Below are positions 61,958 to 64,000 of a DNA stretch of 64,000 nucleotides, piece by piece (position 1 is the stretch's first letter; each line of letters opens with the position of its first letter). The DNA comes from Bacteroidaceae bacterium. GTDB lineage: Bacteria; Bacteroidota; Bacteroidia; Bacteroidales; Bacteroidaceae. The stretch covers positions 198,663 through 262,662 of the forward strand of contig JAGCLA010000023.1 in assembly GCA_017647225.1 (NCBI GenBank). Reading direction: 5' to 3'. The position numbers and the translations under genes are program-made. A model generated the notes under the pieces. It was given only the letters and a program-made list of their open reading frames with translations, did not search any database and had not been told where the DNA came from.

Positions 61958-61965
61958 CAAAAATA
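61958..61965 (-). promoter_or_regulatory. Candidate -7 promoter box (TATTTTTG) for leuS
   Basis: The reverse complement of caaaaata matches TAnnTTTG, 63 nt upstream of the leuS ATG. A hairpin lies between the box and the ATG. Confidence 0.4.
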
Positions 61966-62058
61966 TATAAAAATTATATGAATTACCTTTTTGTTCCATT
62001 AATTTGTTTACAAAAACTCTTTTTTAAAGTTTATCCCTGAAAATAGGATAAAAATAGC

Positions 62059-62066
62059 TATCTTCG
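62059..62066 (+). promoter_or_regulatory. Candidate -7 promoter box variant (TATCTTCG) for mutS
   Basis: TATCTTCGCA lies 35 nt upstream of the mutS ATG. Confidence 0.4.
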
Positions 62067-62100
62067 CATAATTATTACAACATAAATCAATAAACGATAT

Positions 62101-64000
62101 ATGGCCGAAAAAGATGTTGCAGCAACCCCTATGATGCGTCAGTTTCTTGACCTTAAAGCCAAGCATCCTGATGCTGTTTTACTTTTCCGTTGCGGTGACT
62201 TTTATGAAACATACTGTTCCGACGCTATTGTGGCATCGGAAATTTTGGGTATAACCTTAACCAAGCGTTCAAACGGAAAAAACGATGCAGCCAAAGCCAT
62301 TGAAATGGCCGGTTTCCCTTTTCATGCACTCGACACATATCTTCCCAAGCTTGTGCGTGCAGGAAAGAGAGTTGCAATATGCGACCAGCTCGAAGACCCT
62401 AAGATGACAAAAAAACTTGTCAAACGAGGTATAACAGAGCTTGTTACTCCCGGCGTTTCAATAAATGACAATGTACTTGATTATAAGGAAAATAACTTTC
62501 TTGCTGCAGTGCATTTCGGCAAGCCGATGTGTGGAGTATCATTTCTTGACATTTCAACAGGTGAGTTCCTTGTTGCGGAAGGCACATATGACTATATCGA
62601 AAAATTGCTTATAAATTTCCGTCCGAAGGAGGTTTTGTTCGAGCGTGGACTGAAGAGCCGTTTCGAGGACTGTTTTGGTAGCAAATATCTTACATTCGAA
62701 CTCGATGATTGGGCTTTCACCGACGAATTTGCCAATGAAAAGTTGACAAAGCATTTTGAAACAAAGAATCTTAAGGGATTCGGTATTTCGCATTTGCGTA
62801 GCGGAGTTGTGGCAGCCGGTGCCATATTGCACTATTTGAGTGTTACGCTTCATACCCAAATATCTCATATACGTAGTATTTCCCGTATCGAAGAGGAACG
62901 TTATGTACGTCTTGACAAGTTCACTATCCGCAGTCTTGAACTTCTTGGCAGCATGCACGACGGTGGTACATCGTTGTTGTCGGTTATCGACCGCACACAG
63001 ACAGCTATGGGAGCACGTCTTCTAAAGCGTTGGTTGGTTTTTCCTTTGAAGGACAAAAAGCCTATCGAAGATCGTCTTGATGTTGTGGAATACTATTTTC
63101 GCGAGCCTGAATTCCGCGAAATTGTTGAAGAACAGCTGCAGATGATAGGTGACCTTGAACGTATCATAGCAAAGGTTGCCGCAGGCAGGGTCTCTCCTCG
63201 TGAACTTGTGCAGTTGAAACTTGCGTTGCAAGCCGTTGAGCCCATAAAGGCAGCTTGTGAAAGCTCATCAAATCCTGTACTTAAGCAAATAGGTGCACAA
63301 CTCGACTGTTGTAACGAAATTCGTGACCGTATAGCACGCGAAATAGTACCTGAGCCACCTCTTTTGTTGAATAAGGGTGGTGTGGTAGCTGCCGGAGTCG
63401 ATGCACGTCTTGACGAGCTTCGCGAGATATCATACAACGGCAAGGATTACCTTATGCAGTTGCAGCAACGTGAAAGTGAGCGCACAGGTATTCCAAGTTT
63501 GAAAATATCTTTCAACAATGTCTTCGGTTACTATATTGAAGTCCGTAACACATATAAGGAAAATGTTCCTCAGGAGTGGATACGCAAGCAGACACTCGTA
63601 AACGCTGAACGATACATTACTCAGGAGTTGAAGGAGTATGAAGAGAAAATCCTTGGTGCCGAAGAGAAAATCCTTGCTCTTGAAACACAGATATTCAACA
63701 ACCTTGTTACCGACCTTGCAGCATATATACCTTCTATTCAGGTCGATGCATCACACCTCGCAAGGCTCGACGTGCTATTGTCATTCGCGAATATCTCACG
63801 TGCATACAAGTATATACGTCCGGTAGTGGAAGAGAGTGATGTGCTTGATATCAAGCAAGGTCGCCACCCCGTTATCGAGCGTCAGATGGCAATAGGGGAG
63901 AACTATATCCCCAACGACCTCTATCTCGACAGCGAAAAGCAGCAGATAATTATCGTTACAGGTCCAAATATGGCTGGTAAGTCGGCTTTGTTGCGCCAGA
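62101..64000 (+). CDS. mutS: DNA mismatch repair protein MutS (N-terminal about 633 aa; runs off the right edge)
   Basis: My own translation from the ATG at 62101 gives [38 protein letters not shown].., the mismatch-binding domain. The frame stays open to the window end, where the Walker A motif GPNMAGKS appears. It is absent from the ORF track because there is no stop in the window. Confidence 0.93.
   Translation, partial: MAEKDVAATPMMRQFLDLKAKHPDAVLLFRCGDFYETYCSDAIVASEILGITLTKRSNGKNDAAKAIEMAGFPFHALDTYLPKLVRAGKRVAICDQLEDPKMTKKLVKRGITELVTPGVSINDNVLDYKENNFLAAVHFGKPMCGVSFLDISTGEFLVAEGTYDYIEKLLINFRPKEVLFERGLKSRFEDCFGSKYLTFELDDWAFTDEFANEKLTKHFETKNLKGFGISHLRSGVVAAGAILHYLSVTLHTQISHIRSISRIEEERYVRLDKFTIRSLELLGSMHDGGTSLLSVIDRTQTAMGARLLKRWLVFPLKDKKPIEDRLDVVEYYFREPEFREIVEEQLQMIGDLERIIAKVAAGRVSPRELVQLKLALQAVEPIKAACESSSNPVLKQIGAQLDCCNEIRDRIAREIVPEPPLLLNKGGVVAAGVDARLDELREISYNGKDYLMQLQQRESERTGIPSLKISFNNVFGYYIEVRNTYKENVPQEWIRKQTLVNAERYITQELKEYEEKILGAEEKILALETQIFNNLVTDLAAYIPSIQVDASHLARLDVLLSFANISRAYKYIRPVVEESDVLDIKQGRHPVIERQMAIGENYIPNDLYLDSEKQQIIIVTGPNMAGKSALLRQ

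Overview
This 64-kb chromosomal segment reads as core genome of a Bacteroidota (Bacteroidales-type) organism. The taxon call rests on a SusC/SusD pair, T9SS C-terminal sorting domains, frdCAB, and recurring TAnnTTTG -7 promoter boxes. I can support about 52 protein-coding genes, one tRNA (anticodon CAT), 11 hairpin terminators and 12 promoter boxes.

Gene order, left to right:
- susD/susC-like pair
- Trx-fold lipoprotein and engB
- DUF5009-type membrane acyltransferase
- nitroreductase, nrdG, nrdD
- fucose operon fucI-fucA-fucK-fucP, with no fucR
- metG-wzx-yfhO-GT2-pepP array on the minus strand, with a divergent acyltransferase-GT4 pair
- dapB-lepB-wbqC
- frdCAB
- GPH symporter
- mnmG, apt, uvrC, dtd-mazG-deoC
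- small lipoprotein, polyprenyl synthase, polA
- two small secreted proteins, tRNA, START-like protein
- lptF/G-like permease, ribBA, aspartate aminotransferase
- an AT-rich block: long spacer, membrane metallophosphoesterase, CotH-like and PorZ-like T9SS cargo
- rdgB, yitT, leuS, mutS (partial)

I saw no rRNA, CRISPR array, transposase, integrase, phage, toxin-antitoxin or recognised defence genes. Most of the window is ordinary housekeeping. The items worth a second look are:
1. The metG-anchored glycan locus, which hard-wires a YfhO-type GT-C membrane protein to a Wzx flippase.
2. A T9SS-exported CotH-like (atypical kinase family) protein coupled to a PorZ-like propeller gene, inside a sharply AT-rich 5.5-kb block whose first gene overlaps rdgB.
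3. A 562-bp non-coding AT-rich spacer with repeated TTTTCAAC motifs.
4. A lipoprotein gene whose expected ATG reads ATA.
5. A 435-codon antisense ORF across dtd-mazG-deoC, most likely a shadow ORF.

I found no convincing evidence for a wholly new multi-gene system. The strongest candidates are hypotheses built on known protein families.
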